Source: Arenimonas sp. (GTDB lineage: Bacteria > Pseudomonadota > Gammaproteobacteria > Xanthomonadales > Xanthomonadaceae). From it: a stretch of DNA of 45,657 bases. The notes beneath the pieces are model-generated. The model ran no database searches. It was not told the origin of the DNA and was given only the letters and a program-made list of their open reading frames with translations. The first letter of the stretch is position 1. Every line of letters begins with the position of its first letter. The position numbers and the translations under genes are program-made. Of this stretch, positions 9,811 to 19,948 are shown one piece after another. The stretch lies in NCBI GenBank assembly GCA_039930825.1, contig JBDTTC010000371.1, positions 1 through 45,657 of the forward strand. The letters run 5' to 3'.

Positions 9811-10979
9811 GCCGTGCTCCAGCGGCGCGGCGCGTTTGCCAGCCATCTTTCCAGCATGAACAACAGGGCAGTCAGCAAGGCCAGCCAGATTTGCAAGGAA
9901 GCCGGCGCTTCAGGAAAAGCCCTGGCACCGGTCAATGGTATTTGCGATGTGGCCAATGCACGTGTGGCTGCCGCCGGCGCGGTCTGCAACAGGGCTTGCA
10001 GATGCGATGGAAACGTGACGTCTAGCAATTCCGGCATCGCATCGGGTTTCAATACTTGTTTCCATTGCAGGATGCGGCCTTGCCCAAACGGTGTGGCAAT
10101 TATCAGAACTTTGCCTTGTTCATTACGCCAAACAGACGTGCCGGATTTCATTTCGGGAACTAGCGTTTCTTTCGAAACAATTATCGTGCCACCCCTGTTT
10201 ACCCAATCGCGAATTTCGAGGGGTAATTCACCGGTAGCCAGCCAAACCAATGCATTGCGGTCTGGTTTAAAGGCCAGTGAAATATTGGCAGCATCGAGGG
10301 AATCCTTTTCGGATGCTTTTCTATCGGCTTGCCATACCGAGTGTGCGGCGCGGAAATAAAGCGTAGCGTCGGAGTGTGCTTCGTCGTAGCGAATGGCCAG
10401 TCGAATCGGCTGCCTGTATTTGGCCACCTGTGTTGTCGGCATCGAGCCTGGAACAATATTCCATTCCACTTGACGGCTTAATTGGATTCGTTCGCCATCC
10501 AGCCCCGATATTTGTTCCGGCACGATAAGCGTTAGTGATGTATTGGCGGGAAGTTGTGCATCGAGTTCGCGCAGCAAACTACCGACATTCAAATTCGTAG
10601 TAAGGGGCTTGTCTTCGTAATCGGGAAAGCCCGGTGACAGCCAATGCCATTTCGCGGATTTATCCGCAGGCAAGTTTTTCGCAGCATCGATATTTGCGCC
10701 CGGCACCAACATGACCCAATGCTGTGGCGAAGCAGTTTGCATCGATACCGGCTTGGCGAGAAAAAATGCAATCGCGATGAGCAAAAGCAATCGCAGCAAC
10801 AATAATAAAATTTCCTGAAATACCAATTTCCTGCGTGGCCGCAGTTGCGCAGAAATCCAGCGAAGCGCAGCGAAGTCGGTCGGGCGTTGTTCCGAGCGTC
10901 GGTTAAGATGGACTAGCAGCGGCAGCAATAATGCCGACAATGCCAGCAAGGCGCTCGGCAAAAGCAGGGCCAGGTTCAC
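9807..10979 (-). CDS. BatA N-terminal domain protein
   Basis: PLLVHL...FAALRW...LLLLLRLLLL...AKP double-TM BatA signature; C-terminal TM with LERWL. Confidence 0.82.
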   Translation of the reverse strand: MNLALLLPSALLALSALLLPLLVHLNRRSEQRPTDFAALRWISAQLRPRRKLVFQEILLLLLRLLLLIAIAFFLAKPVSMQTASPQHWVMLVPGANIDAAKNLPADKSAKWHWLSPGFPDYEDKPLTTNLNVGSLLRELDAQLPANTSLTLIVPEQISGLDGERIQLSRQVEWNIVPGSMPTTQVAKYRQPIRLAIRYDEAHSDATLYFRAAHSVWQADRKASEKDSLDAANISLAFKPDRNALVWLATGELPLEIRDWVNRGGTIIVSKETLVPEMKSGTSVWRNEQGKVLIIATPFGQGRILQWKQVLKPDAMPELLDVTFPSHLQALLQTAPAAATRALATSQIPLTGARAFPEAPASLQIWLALLTALLFMLERWLANAPRRWSTA

Positions 10980-11878
10980 ACGCTCTCCTGGTGGCGCGAA
11001 GTGCGCGGCAGGAAGAATTTTCGTAGCGGTGCATCCAGAGGCTGATCAAGAACATAGTCAACATGATTAATGCCGCTGGCAGCGAAGCGCGCAGCGAGTG
11101 TACGTTTTGCGGCAACGAATTTTTCAATAAACCCGGTACGTGAAGCGTTGGCGTCGGTAAGCAATTCGCTATCGGTTTCAGCATCACGAAAACGATGGCC
11201 CCCCTGAAATGGAAAATCACGCTCCTCTGCAGTCAGAATTTGCACGCTGAGTACTTCGCGTCTTGCGACCGCAAGACGTTCGGCTAAGGACACACAGGCT
11301 TCATCATAATCGTCGCTCAATAGCAGTACCAAAGTATTGGCGCCAATGCGTTCCCAGACGGGACGGCATTGGGATTCGTTTGGCCAATGACCCTGCGCCT
11401 TTAGCTTGTGTAGTTCCAAAAGACATTGATCGCGATGCCGTGTACCGCTACCGGCATTCACGATGACAAGGCCTTTGTCGTTCACTGCAATCAAACCAAA
11501 GCGATCACCTTGTTTCAACGCAAGCTCGATAACGCAGGCAGTCATTGCTTTTGCTGCTTGCAGTCGGCTCCACTCGGGACGCACAGCATCGCTTTGTGCC
11601 ATCGAAGCAGTGGCATCAATCAGGCACCAGATAATCAGCGGGCTATCGCGCTCTGCTTCGCGCACGAAAAATTTGTCGGAGCGCGCGTACAACTTCCAGT
11701 CAATTTGCCGTGGTTCATCACCGGGTTCATAGGCGCGGTATTGGGCAAATTCCAGGCCAGCACCGCGACTGCGACTTTGATGCTGGCCGATTCCCTGGGC
11801 ACCGGAAATACGCCGCGCCTGCAGGCGAAAAGCCTTCAGGCGTGCTCGAACATCGGCAGGAATCAGATCGGCGCTCAT
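10976..11878 (-). CDS. DUF58 family VWA-like protein
   Basis: GLEFAQYRAYEPGDEPRQIDWKLYARSDK; MIDAS-like DATASM; LLSD. Confidence 0.9.
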   Translation of the reverse strand: MSADLIPADVRARLKAFRLQARRISGAQGIGQHQSRSRGAGLEFAQYRAYEPGDEPRQIDWKLYARSDKFFVREAERDSPLIIWCLIDATASMAQSDAVRPEWSRLQAAKAMTACVIELALKQGDRFGLIAVNDKGLVIVNAGSGTRHRDQCLLELHKLKAQGHWPNESQCRPVWERIGANTLVLLLSDDYDEACVSLAERLAVARREVLSVQILTAEERDFPFQGGHRFRDAETDSELLTDANASRTGFIEKFVAAKRTLAARFAASGINHVDYVLDQPLDAPLRKFFLPRTSRHQESV

Positions 11879-11888
11879 GGTTTATGCA

Positions 11889-12878
11889 TTAAGCGGGGAA
11901 CGGCACCGAGTTCAACAAAACAGCGACCACATCGTCCGCCGATTTTTGTTCGGCTTCGGCGATGAAGGTCAGCAATAAACGATGACGCAACACCGGAGCG
12001 GCGAGTGCTTTAACGTCGTCGCGAGTCGCGGCGAAACGACCATGGATCAAGGCGCGTGCTTTCGATGCCAGCACCAAGGCCTGGCCAGCGCGCGGACCGG
12101 CACCCCATTTCACCCAGGACTGTATTTCTTTCGAGCTGTTTTCCTGCGGCCTGCTTGCTCGCACGATGCGGTTAATCCAGTTCAGCAAGTCGTCACTGAC
12201 GTGCACTTCGCGGACTAATTTTTGCAGTGAACGGATGGTGTCTGCGTGCATCACTTGCGGTACTTTGGCTGCGGTGACGCCGGTGGTTTGTTGCAGGATC
12301 GAACGCTCTTCCGCCTCGCTCGGGTAATCGACGCGAACATGTAAAAGGAAACGATCTAGCTGTGCTTCCGGCAATGGGTAGGTGCCCGCTTGTTCGAGCG
12401 GATTCTGCGTTGCCAACACAAAAAACGGATCAGGCAAGACATGCGTAACACCGGCATAGCTGACAGTGTGCTCCTGCATCGCTTCGAGTAATGCCGCCTG
12501 GGTTTTTGGCGGCGTACGATTTAATTCGTCGGCGAGCAATAAATTCGTAAAGACCGGGCCTTGCTGAAATTTGAAATGGCGTTTACCGGTGCCGTGATCT
12601 TCTTCCAGAATTTCAGTACCCAGAATATCGCTGGGCATAAGATCGGGCGTGAATTGAATACGGCGGAATTCCAGATCCATCGCCTGCCCAAGCGAACGTA
12701 CCAATAAAGTTTTACCAAGACCAGGTACGCCTTCGAGCAGACAATGGCCGCCGGCCAGCAGGCCGATCAGTAATTGTTCGATCACATCTTCCTGCCCGAC
12801 AATCGCGTTGGCGATGGCGGATTTCAGATTGCCCAATTGCGCGAGTCTTTCTTTGATGACAGTTTCGTTGGTGTCCAT
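11889..12878 (-). CDS. moxR: MoxR-family AAA+ ATPase
   Basis: Walker A GVPGLGKT, RIQFTPDLMPSD, Walker B LLADELNR, ATQNPLEQAGTYPLPEAQLDRF. Confidence 0.93.
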   Translation of the reverse strand: MDTNETVIKERLAQLGNLKSAIANAIVGQEDVIEQLLIGLLAGGHCLLEGVPGLGKTLLVRSLGQAMDLEFRRIQFTPDLMPSDILGTEILEEDHGTGKRHFKFQQGPVFTNLLLADELNRTPPKTQAALLEAMQEHTVSYAGVTHVLPDPFFVLATQNPLEQAGTYPLPEAQLDRFLLHVRVDYPSEAEERSILQQTTGVTAAKVPQVMHADTIRSLQKLVREVHVSDDLLNWINRIVRASRPQENSSKEIQSWVKWGAGPRAGQALVLASKARALIHGRFAATRDDVKALAAPVLRHRLLLTFIAEAEQKSADDVVAVLLNSVPFPA

Positions 12879-12954
12879 GCAGCGTGATCCTTGAAATTTT
12901 TCTTAGGGTTTAGTGCTAGTCCCGACTTCCGCCGGTTCTACGTGATCCAGCTAA

Positions 12955-13665
12955 TTAATTGTTTAGTGCATACATAACGATATTGACCGCTAGCTTGGTG
13001 TTGTCTTCGGCCAGAAAACGCTTGTTACGCCAGTCGTAATCCCATTCGCAGCCGTAATCTTTATTGCTGTACAAAACACCCAGACGGCCATTGATTTCGA
13101 TGCCTTTCAAATAATCGTGCACGATGTCGTCACCCCAGCCGTTCAATTCAAAGCCAGTGGTGGGTAATTCATCGAAGGTAAAAAAACTGCTGTAGAGCGG
13201 ATGTTTCTTCGGTAGTTTTTTCAAGGCGCTGGCGCCGAAAATATTGGCCATCTGTGCTTCGAAAGACTTAGCGAACAAACCATCAATATCGTGATTGCAA
13301 TCATCAACGAAAACAAAACCGCCGTTACGGACATAGGCTTCGAAATTGCGACGTTCATCGGCGTTAAATTGCACCAGCTTGTGACCGGCTAAATAGCAAA
13401 ACGGTGCCGACCGCATTTTCGGATCCGACAACGCAATCACGTGCTCTTTCGGATCAACACGCAGTGTGGTGTAGTCAATCAAGGATGTGATGATGTTGGC
13501 CGGCATCCTTTGATCAACATCCCAGTCACCTGAGTCGTACATCAAACGCGTGAACCAAAAATCGTATTCGGGCGTAGTTGCTTTTGCTTCGCGCAACAAC
13601 AATGGAGAGACTGCAATTCCGGCAGCGGCCTGGCACATCAGTCGTAGGAATTGCTGGCGGTTCAT
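12955..13665 (-). CDS. DUF4159 family protein with Tat-like signal
   Basis: GDWD, GGFVFVDDC, YSNKDYGCEW motifs; N-terminus MNRQQFL...AKA. Confidence 0.8.
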   Translation of the reverse strand: MNRQQFLRLMCQAAAGIAVSPLLLREAKATTPEYDFWFTRLMYDSGDWDVDQRMPANIITSLIDYTTLRVDPKEHVIALSDPKMRSAPFCYLAGHKLVQFNADERRNFEAYVRNGGFVFVDDCNHDIDGLFAKSFEAQMANIFGASALKKLPKKHPLYSSFFTFDELPTTGFELNGWGDDIVHDYLKGIEINGRLGVLYSNKDYGCEWDYDWRNKRFLAEDNTKLAVNIVMYALNN

Positions 13666-13721
13666 TCAGTGAAGTCTGTGATGGTGGTTGTTACTTGACT
13701 CATTCCATTCTTCACTTCATT

Positions 13722-13804
13722 CGTCATCGCCGTGCAGGCGGGGATCCAGCGACTTTGGGTGTCGGCAAATGCGTCACTGGGTCCCCGCCTGCGCGGGGAT
13801 GATG
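13722..13804. repeat. REP-like palindromic element
   Basis: CGTCATCGCCGTGCAGGCGGGGATCCAGCGAC ... GTCACTGGGTCCCCGCCTGCGCGGGGATGATG inverted pair. Confidence 0.8.
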
Positions 13805-13837
13805 TTTTTTTTTATACTCAAGAAGAATGCTTGCAAA

Positions 13838-15172
13838 TTACACGGCATCCGACAAAGACGTAAACGTAAAGTCACGCAATTTCATTGGCGGAATCATCAT
13901 CAGGAATGGCGATTCATCATCACCAACTCGAACCGGTTTGCCGAGTTCCTCGACATTATTCAGCATGATGACCGGTGATTCATTGAAGCGGAAATTCTTG
14001 ATCGGATATTTGATTTCGCCGTTTTCGATATAGAACGTACCGTCACGCGTAAGACCGGTCAGCAGAACCGTTTGCGGATCGACCATGCGGATATACCAGG
14101 TGCGAGTGACCAAAATACCTTTCGCCGTGCCTTTGACCAGATCCATGGTGGATTTGGTGCCGCCGGCCATAATCAAATTACCCGGTGAGCCTTTCGCTTC
14201 CTTGCCTTTCTGCTTGGCCCAGTAACGCGAATATTCGAGGTATGAGACTTTGCCTTTATCAATGATCGGCATTTTTTCGCGTGGCAAACCTTCGCCATCC
14301 CAAGGCATTACGGGAGCATCGACATCCCAAGGGTCGGCATGAATGCTGACACGCTGATCGAATACTTGTTCGCCCATTTTATTGCCGCCGCCCTTTTTGG
14401 TCAGGAAGCTGCGGCCTTCATCGGCCTGGCGCGCATCGAAACCATTCATCATGAAAGAAATCAGGCCGGCCGAAGCTGCGGGTTCTAGAATGACGGTGTA
14501 TTTGCCTGGCTCGAGTGCTTTCGCATTGGCCGAACCTTTTGCCTTGCTAATAGCAGTACGGATTTCTGAGTTGGCATCAAAATCTTTTACCGCACCGGCA
14601 TTGCGTGCAACCCAGCCCGAACCGGTGCCGTCATCGGTGCGCACGGTGCAGGTGTAATCGAGGCCGGTCGATTGTTGATAAGCGAAATTGCCATTGCTGT
14701 TGGCCTGGGCAAAAAAGCCCACGCTGTCGGCAAAGAAACCGGCGGCGATTAATTTATCGTTCTTGCAGGGCGTGATCGAATCGGCAGCGACCGTCGCGCG
14801 ATATTCCGGCGTGATGTCGGCAATACTCTGATTGAAGGTGGGCGTCGCTTTATAGGTTTGTTTGGGAATCGCCGGCATGAACTCATCGTTTTCCGGCGCC
14901 AGACGTGCCAGTTCTTCGGCACGGCGGACAACGCGTTCCAGCGATTCATCATCGAAGGCATTGATCGTTGCAATGCCGACGCGTTTGCCGAAGGCAACTT
15001 GTACGCCCAGCTCGCAATCACTGACGATGCCGCTGGTGGAAACATTGTTCAAGGCAAAGCGAATATTGCCGTTGACGCCGCCGCCGAGAGTGGCAGTACA
15101 TTCATCGGCTTTGGATAGCTTGATGACTTTGTCGAGAATCGCTTTGGCTTCTTGTTCGGTATAAATGCTCAT
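13838..15172 (-). CDS. TldE/PmbA family protein
   Basis: IRFALN, LEPGKYTVILEP, LLTGLTRDGTFYIENG, NFRFNESP; lacks HExxxH. Confidence 0.88.
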   Translation of the reverse strand: MSIYTEQEAKAILDKVIKLSKADECTATLGGGVNGNIRFALNNVSTSGIVSDCELGVQVAFGKRVGIATINAFDDESLERVVRRAEELARLAPENDEFMPAIPKQTYKATPTFNQSIADITPEYRATVAADSITPCKNDKLIAAGFFADSVGFFAQANSNGNFAYQQSTGLDYTCTVRTDDGTGSGWVARNAGAVKDFDANSEIRTAISKAKGSANAKALEPGKYTVILEPAASAGLISFMMNGFDARQADEGRSFLTKKGGGNKMGEQVFDQRVSIHADPWDVDAPVMPWDGEGLPREKMPIIDKGKVSYLEYSRYWAKQKGKEAKGSPGNLIMAGGTKSTMDLVKGTAKGILVTRTWYIRMVDPQTVLLTGLTRDGTFYIENGEIKYPIKNFRFNESPVIMLNNVEELGKPVRVGDDESPFLMMIPPMKLRDFTFTSLSDAV

Positions 15173-15196
15173 TTTCTAGCTCCTGAGTTTCTGCGA

Positions 15197-16822
15197 TCAG
15201 CCGAGGGAACGGGCAGTGCTGATGACATTGATGCCATCAAAGCGTGCCGTACTCGAACCATGCGACACAGCCGATACCTGCCCTGGCTGACCCTTACCAT
15301 CGAAGAAGGAACCGCCGAAGCGGTAATCGCTTTCATCGCAAACGTCGGTACAGGCATTCCAGAACTCTGGCGTGCGGATTTGGTAGGCCACGTCTTCAAT
15401 CATGCCGGCAATTTTGCCGTCCTTGATTTCATAGAATAACTGGCCGCCGAATTGTGCGTTGTAACGTTGTTGATCAATCGAGAACGAGCCGTCGCCGATA
15501 ATATAAATGCCTTTTTCGACATTCTTGATCATGTCGGCAACGCTTTTCTTTTCTTTGCCCGGTGCCAGAGACACATTGGCCATGCGCTGGAATTGCACGC
15601 TGGACCAGGAGTCGGCATAGCAGCAACCGTTCGATTCGGTGCCGCCGATGATATGCACTTGATCGCGAATGGCTTGGTAGTTGACCAACGTGCCGTCCTT
15701 GATCAGGTCCCAGCGCTTGGTTTTCACGCCTTCGTCGTCGTAGGCCACATTGCCGAGCGTGTTTGCCTGAACCTTATCGGCAAAAATCGTGACTTTATCG
15801 CTGCCGTATTTGAATTTGTCTTTCAGTTTGTCGAGTGTGGCGAAACTGGTGCCGGCGTAGTTGGCTTCGTAGCCGAGCACGCGGTCGAGTTCGAGCGGAT
15901 GCCCAACCGATTCGTGAATGGTGAGCCAGGTATGTGAAGGATCGAGCACCAGATCGTATTTGCCCGGTTTTACCGACGGCGCTTTCAGTTTTGCGATAGC
16001 TTGCTTGGCAGCTTCGGTAGCATCTTCAGTCATATTGTAGGAATCGTTATAGCCGATTAAGCCATTTGGCAGAATCAGTTTGCGATTGCCTTCCAGATAT
16101 TCGAAGCCCATGCCCATCGGCGCTGACAGACTGTCGCGGCTGCGGAACTTACCGGTTGCTTTGTCGATGGCAGTCACGGTGAATGTTGGCCAGATGCGGT
16201 GAACATCCTGATCGATATAGGAGCCATCGGTCGAGGCAAAATATTTTTGCTCGTTCACTACAAACAGCATCGAGTTCACAAAGTTGGCACCGGCAGCAAG
16301 TGCGGCGGCATTAACGCCCAGCAGTAAATCTGCTTTTTCCTTGATTGGTACTTCCATTGCGTTTTTCTTGATCGGTGTTGCCCACGAAACTTCGCCGGCA
16401 CCTTTCACCGGCGCCAGTTGTACCGGTGCGGTTTGTGCGGTCGAGTTTGCTTTTGCAATGGCAACCGCTTGTTTAGCGGCTTTGGCGATACCGGCATTGC
16501 TCAAGTCACTGGTGGCAGCGAAGCCCCAGGTGCCGTTGGCAATGACGCGAATACCGGCACCGATGGATTCGGTGTTCACGACATTTTGTACTTTGTTTTC
16601 GCGCGTGATGACGAATTGCCGTAGATAACGACCTATACGTACATCGCAATAAGTGGCACCGGCGCCAGTTGCGGCGTTGAGCGCGATATCGGCAAGCACT
16701 TTCTTGCGGCCGACATCCATTTTCGTGAGAAGCACTTCAGCAGCTACCGCATTGCCGAAACCGGGAATCATCAAGCCGCTCAGGCCAATGCCTGATACAG
16801 CCAAGAAATTGCGTCTATCCAT
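15197..16822 (-). CDS. tldD: TldD family metalloprotease with Tat signal peptide
   Basis: HESVGH metal motif, YDDEGV, QRMANV, GSFSIDQQR; start MDRRNFL with SD GGAG. Confidence 0.88.
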   Translation of the reverse strand: MDRRNFLAVSGIGLSGLMIPGFGNAVAAEVLLTKMDVGRKKVLADIALNAATGAGATYCDVRIGRYLRQFVITRENKVQNVVNTESIGAGIRVIANGTWGFAATSDLSNAGIAKAAKQAVAIAKANSTAQTAPVQLAPVKGAGEVSWATPIKKNAMEVPIKEKADLLLGVNAAALAAGANFVNSMLFVVNEQKYFASTDGSYIDQDVHRIWPTFTVTAIDKATGKFRSRDSLSAPMGMGFEYLEGNRKLILPNGLIGYNDSYNMTEDATEAAKQAIAKLKAPSVKPGKYDLVLDPSHTWLTIHESVGHPLELDRVLGYEANYAGTSFATLDKLKDKFKYGSDKVTIFADKVQANTLGNVAYDDEGVKTKRWDLIKDGTLVNYQAIRDQVHIIGGTESNGCCYADSWSSVQFQRMANVSLAPGKEKKSVADMIKNVEKGIYIIGDGSFSIDQQRYNAQFGGQLFYEIKDGKIAGMIEDVAYQIRTPEFWNACTDVCDESDYRFGGSFFDGKGQPGQVSAVSHGSSTARFDGINVISTARSLG

Positions 16823-17014
16823 CACATTACTCCACCGATGTTGACCAAACTGGCACGAGCCACTCATTGCGAAAATTACAATGAGACAAGCGTTCGATGT
16901 TGCTGCTATAGCACTAGCCCGTCAAGAGTGACCAATGGCATACAGGCGTATTCAGCGAATGGGTTTTTGTGACGGAAAATCCGCTGTTATCAGGTTACGA
17001 AAATGTGATCTGTA

Positions 17015-19108
17015 TCAGACAGCAGCAAGCTCTACCCGATTGCGGCCCATATTTTTAGCGCGATAGAGCGCCGCATCCGCGGCGGCCAGTAAAGGGTCGG
17101 TTGAGTGTGCATTCAAATCGCGGTTGCAGGCGATGCCAATGCTGGTGCTGATATTAATGCTTTGGTTTTCGAACATTACCGGCGTTGCTGCAATTACGTA
17201 TCTAACTTTTTCGGCGATTGCCGTTGCATCGGAATGGCTTATCTGTTCGAACAACAAGATGAATTCTTCGCCACCCCAGCGACCAACTGTGGTATTGGCA
17301 GGAACTGCTGCTGTAAGGCGTGCAGCGACTTCGCGTAACACGGCATCGCCGGCCAAGTGGCCGTGCTTGTCGTTAATCTGTTTGAAAAAATCCAGATCCA
17401 GCAATTGCACGCACAAGCCGCGCCGTTGTTCAGTGCCTTTCGCAAGGCATTGCTCCATGCGTTTGGTCACGGCGTGCCGGTTACCCAGTCCGGTTAGTGC
17501 GTCGGTGTGGGCAACGCGCTCCAGTGCGGCGGAACTGTCGATCAGGCTGGTATGCATCTTCGCGAGCTTGTCACGGCTTGCGCTGATTTCCGCCTCGCTG
17601 CGTTTTACGCTGAGATAACGCCAGTAGAGCAAGCCGGCGATCACAAGTAACACTGCCAGGCCGGCAATCAATGCCATTCCCAGCAAACGTTGTCGGCTCA
17701 GTGTAAGCGCTTGCACGGCGTTGTCGCGTTCGAGCATGGCGCGTTCTGCCTCGCTGCGCTCACGTTCGAGCTTGCCTTCCAGTGCAGAAATTTTACGTGC
17801 CGCCATATCGATCGATAAAGCCTTGTCCAGCGCCTGATGTTCCTTGCGTGTGATGTAGGCGTTAGCGGCGTCGCCGACTTTCAGTTGTTGCTCGGCAAGC
17901 AAATCAAGCACTGCGCGTTCCAGAATCCTGTCGCCGATCTTGCGGACATTGATCAAGGTATTCTTGGCCTCCTTCAATGCTTTTTCAGATTGGCCGCGTG
18001 CAGCCGACACTTTTGCCTGCGTGAAAAGCAGCAGGGTTTGGTCGCGAATGGCGACATCGTTGAAAGACTCGAAGCCGAGCTTGGTCCAGTAATCGGCATC
18101 ATCAATTTTACCTTGCGCCAGCTTCAGCTCTGCCATGCGGGCATAGGAATTGACGCGATTCGGCGGGCTGCCGGACAACTTGGAAAGTTTGACTGCCTGT
18201 TGTGCGTGATATTCGGCTTCCGACATACGATCGAGCAGTGTGAGTGATTTGGACAACTCGCCATGCAGCGTGATGGCCTCACGCACATTGCGTTCTTCGA
18301 CATAGGCCAAGCCTTCAAGCAAAGATTGACTGCCAAGTTCTTCATCATCCAGGTTGCGGTAAAGCACACCCAGCATACGAAGACCGCGGGCGGTTTCGGC
18401 ACGGTCACCGGCTTTACGGGAAAGTTCAAGCGCCTCGGTATGTGATACGACGGCATCAGAAAATTTACCGGTGCGGCCGTGAATCACGCCGATCGAATTG
18501 AGTTCGCGAGCCATGTTGGCAGGGTCTTTCAGCTTCCGGTAAATGTCGAGTGCTTGACGGAAATAATCGAGAGAGCTGTCGAAATGGCCGAGCTTGCGTT
18601 CCAGCACGCCGCGTTGGTCCAACCATTGCGCCTGCCACACCGGCCTGGAGCCAGCGCTGGCATCAATCATGGCTTTCATTTCTTTCTGCACGGCATCGGT
18701 TTCGTCTGAACGTCCCCGATTTACCAAAACCGTGCTGCGGGCATTCAAGCTCAGGAATTTCAGATCTTCCAGCTGCAAGCTGTTGGCTTCGTTATAGGCC
18801 TGAGTCAATTCCGCCAGAGCCGCATCGGCGTTTTCCAGATCATTTTCGAATTCAGCAATGGCCAGAGCAGCCCAGGCCTTGTGCTTCGGATCTTTAACCG
18901 TATTGCGTAATTTGATGGCCTGTAGTCTTAGGTCGGTGGCAGACCGCGCTTGGCTGGCTCGCAATGCGGCAATGTCGGCGGGCTCGGATGTCATTGTTGC
19001 CGCGAAAACGTGCGCGGGCAATAAATTAAGCATCAGTAAGCCGAAACACAAACACGCTGTCCGTATCAGGGCTGACTTTCCAGAGCCGATAAGGAAGCGT
19101 AGTTTCAT
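17015..19108 (-). CDS. TPR-containing membrane diguanylate cyclase
   Basis: Signal peptide, TPR-like repeats, one TM, DALTGLGNR, DLDFFKQIND, RWGGEEF. Confidence 0.88.
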   Translation of the reverse strand: MKLRFLIGSGKSALIRTACLCFGLLMLNLLPAHVFAATMTSEPADIAALRASQARSATDLRLQAIKLRNTVKDPKHKAWAALAIAEFENDLENADAALAELTQAYNEANSLQLEDLKFLSLNARSTVLVNRGRSDETDAVQKEMKAMIDASAGSRPVWQAQWLDQRGVLERKLGHFDSSLDYFRQALDIYRKLKDPANMARELNSIGVIHGRTGKFSDAVVSHTEALELSRKAGDRAETARGLRMLGVLYRNLDDEELGSQSLLEGLAYVEERNVREAITLHGELSKSLTLLDRMSEAEYHAQQAVKLSKLSGSPPNRVNSYARMAELKLAQGKIDDADYWTKLGFESFNDVAIRDQTLLLFTQAKVSAARGQSEKALKEAKNTLINVRKIGDRILERAVLDLLAEQQLKVGDAANAYITRKEHQALDKALSIDMAARKISALEGKLERERSEAERAMLERDNAVQALTLSRQRLLGMALIAGLAVLLVIAGLLYWRYLSVKRSEAEISASRDKLAKMHTSLIDSSAALERVAHTDALTGLGNRHAVTKRMEQCLAKGTEQRRGLCVQLLDLDFFKQINDKHGHLAGDAVLREVAARLTAAVPANTTVGRWGGEEFILLFEQISHSDATAIAEKVRYVIAATPVMFENQSINISTSIGIACNRDLNAHSTDPLLAAADAALYRAKNMGRNRVELAAV

Positions 19109-19343
19109 GGCACCCCATACTGACAGCGGAAGTCCGCCGTGCTGCTGAACATAATGCCACAGCCCTAGTCTGCATCAAGTATCGGCAGACTTTTGTCACG
19201 ATTATTTACATGGGCGCGGTGCAGTAAAATGGCGAAAGATTGAAGTACATAAAAGCGGTATTAACCTCGAAATTTTGTGATGGATGTCTCGATAAAGACA
19301 TAATCGACTTGTCCGGTTTACTCATGGAAATTCGTTTCCCAGA

Positions 19344-19391
19344 TTGACAGATGCAGAATACTTCTGTAGTTTCTGTACAGAACGTTTTGTA
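19344..19391 (+). promoter_or_regulatory. Sigma70 promoter of tetR with two palindromic operators
   Basis: TTGACA(19344)-17 nt-TAGTTT(19367); palindromes TGCAGAA-TAC-TTCTGTA (19352-19368) and TACAGAAC-GTTTTGTA (19376-19391). Confidence 0.65.
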
Positions 19392-19402
19392 TAGTTACTG
19401 CC

Positions 19403-19948
19403 ATGACCCGACCTCCAGTCTCCAAAGAAAAAATACTTCAGGCAGCCGAGCGCATAGTCCAGCGACAAGGCGCCGGCAATCTGACCTATGACCAATTGGT
19501 GAAGGAAAGCGGCGTCACCCGGGGCGGCATTACTTATCACTTTCCAACCAAAGACTTGTTGTTGCGGGCGCTAATGGAGCGCGACATGGCGCAGTGGGAC
19601 GTAATGGAGAAATCCCTGCGACCTCGTCTGGATAACGCGGAAGCCGCAGACCTGATCGGTAGCTTGCGTGCCATGACCCGCACCAGTGACGAACAAAGGC
19701 GATTTGTCGCAGGCATGCTGAGTGCGGTCACACATGACCAGGAATTACTTGAGCCTGTGCGCGAAATGAATCGCCTGCGTTACGGTAATCAAAAAGGCAC
19801 GCCGAAGGAAATCAACATCATGATTCTGGAATTGGCTTCAGCCGGTTTGTTTTGGCAGGACATTACCCGTTGCCATGTGATACCCGACGCGATGCGTAAA
19901 AAAGTGATTGCCCGTATCGAAGCGCTGGCCAAGGAATGGACGAAATGA
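19403..19948 (+). CDS. TetR/AcrR family regulator
   Basis: KILQAAERIV...LTYDQLVKESGVTRGGITYHFPTKDLL HTH; directly upstream of an RND operon. Confidence 0.9.
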   Translation: MTRPPVSKEKILQAAERIVQRQGAGNLTYDQLVKESGVTRGGITYHFPTKDLLLRALMERDMAQWDVMEKSLRPRLDNAEAADLIGSLRAMTRTSDEQRRFVAGMLSAVTHDQELLEPVREMNRLRYGNQKGTPKEINIMILELASAGLFWQDITRCHVIPDAMRKKVIARIEALAKEWTK

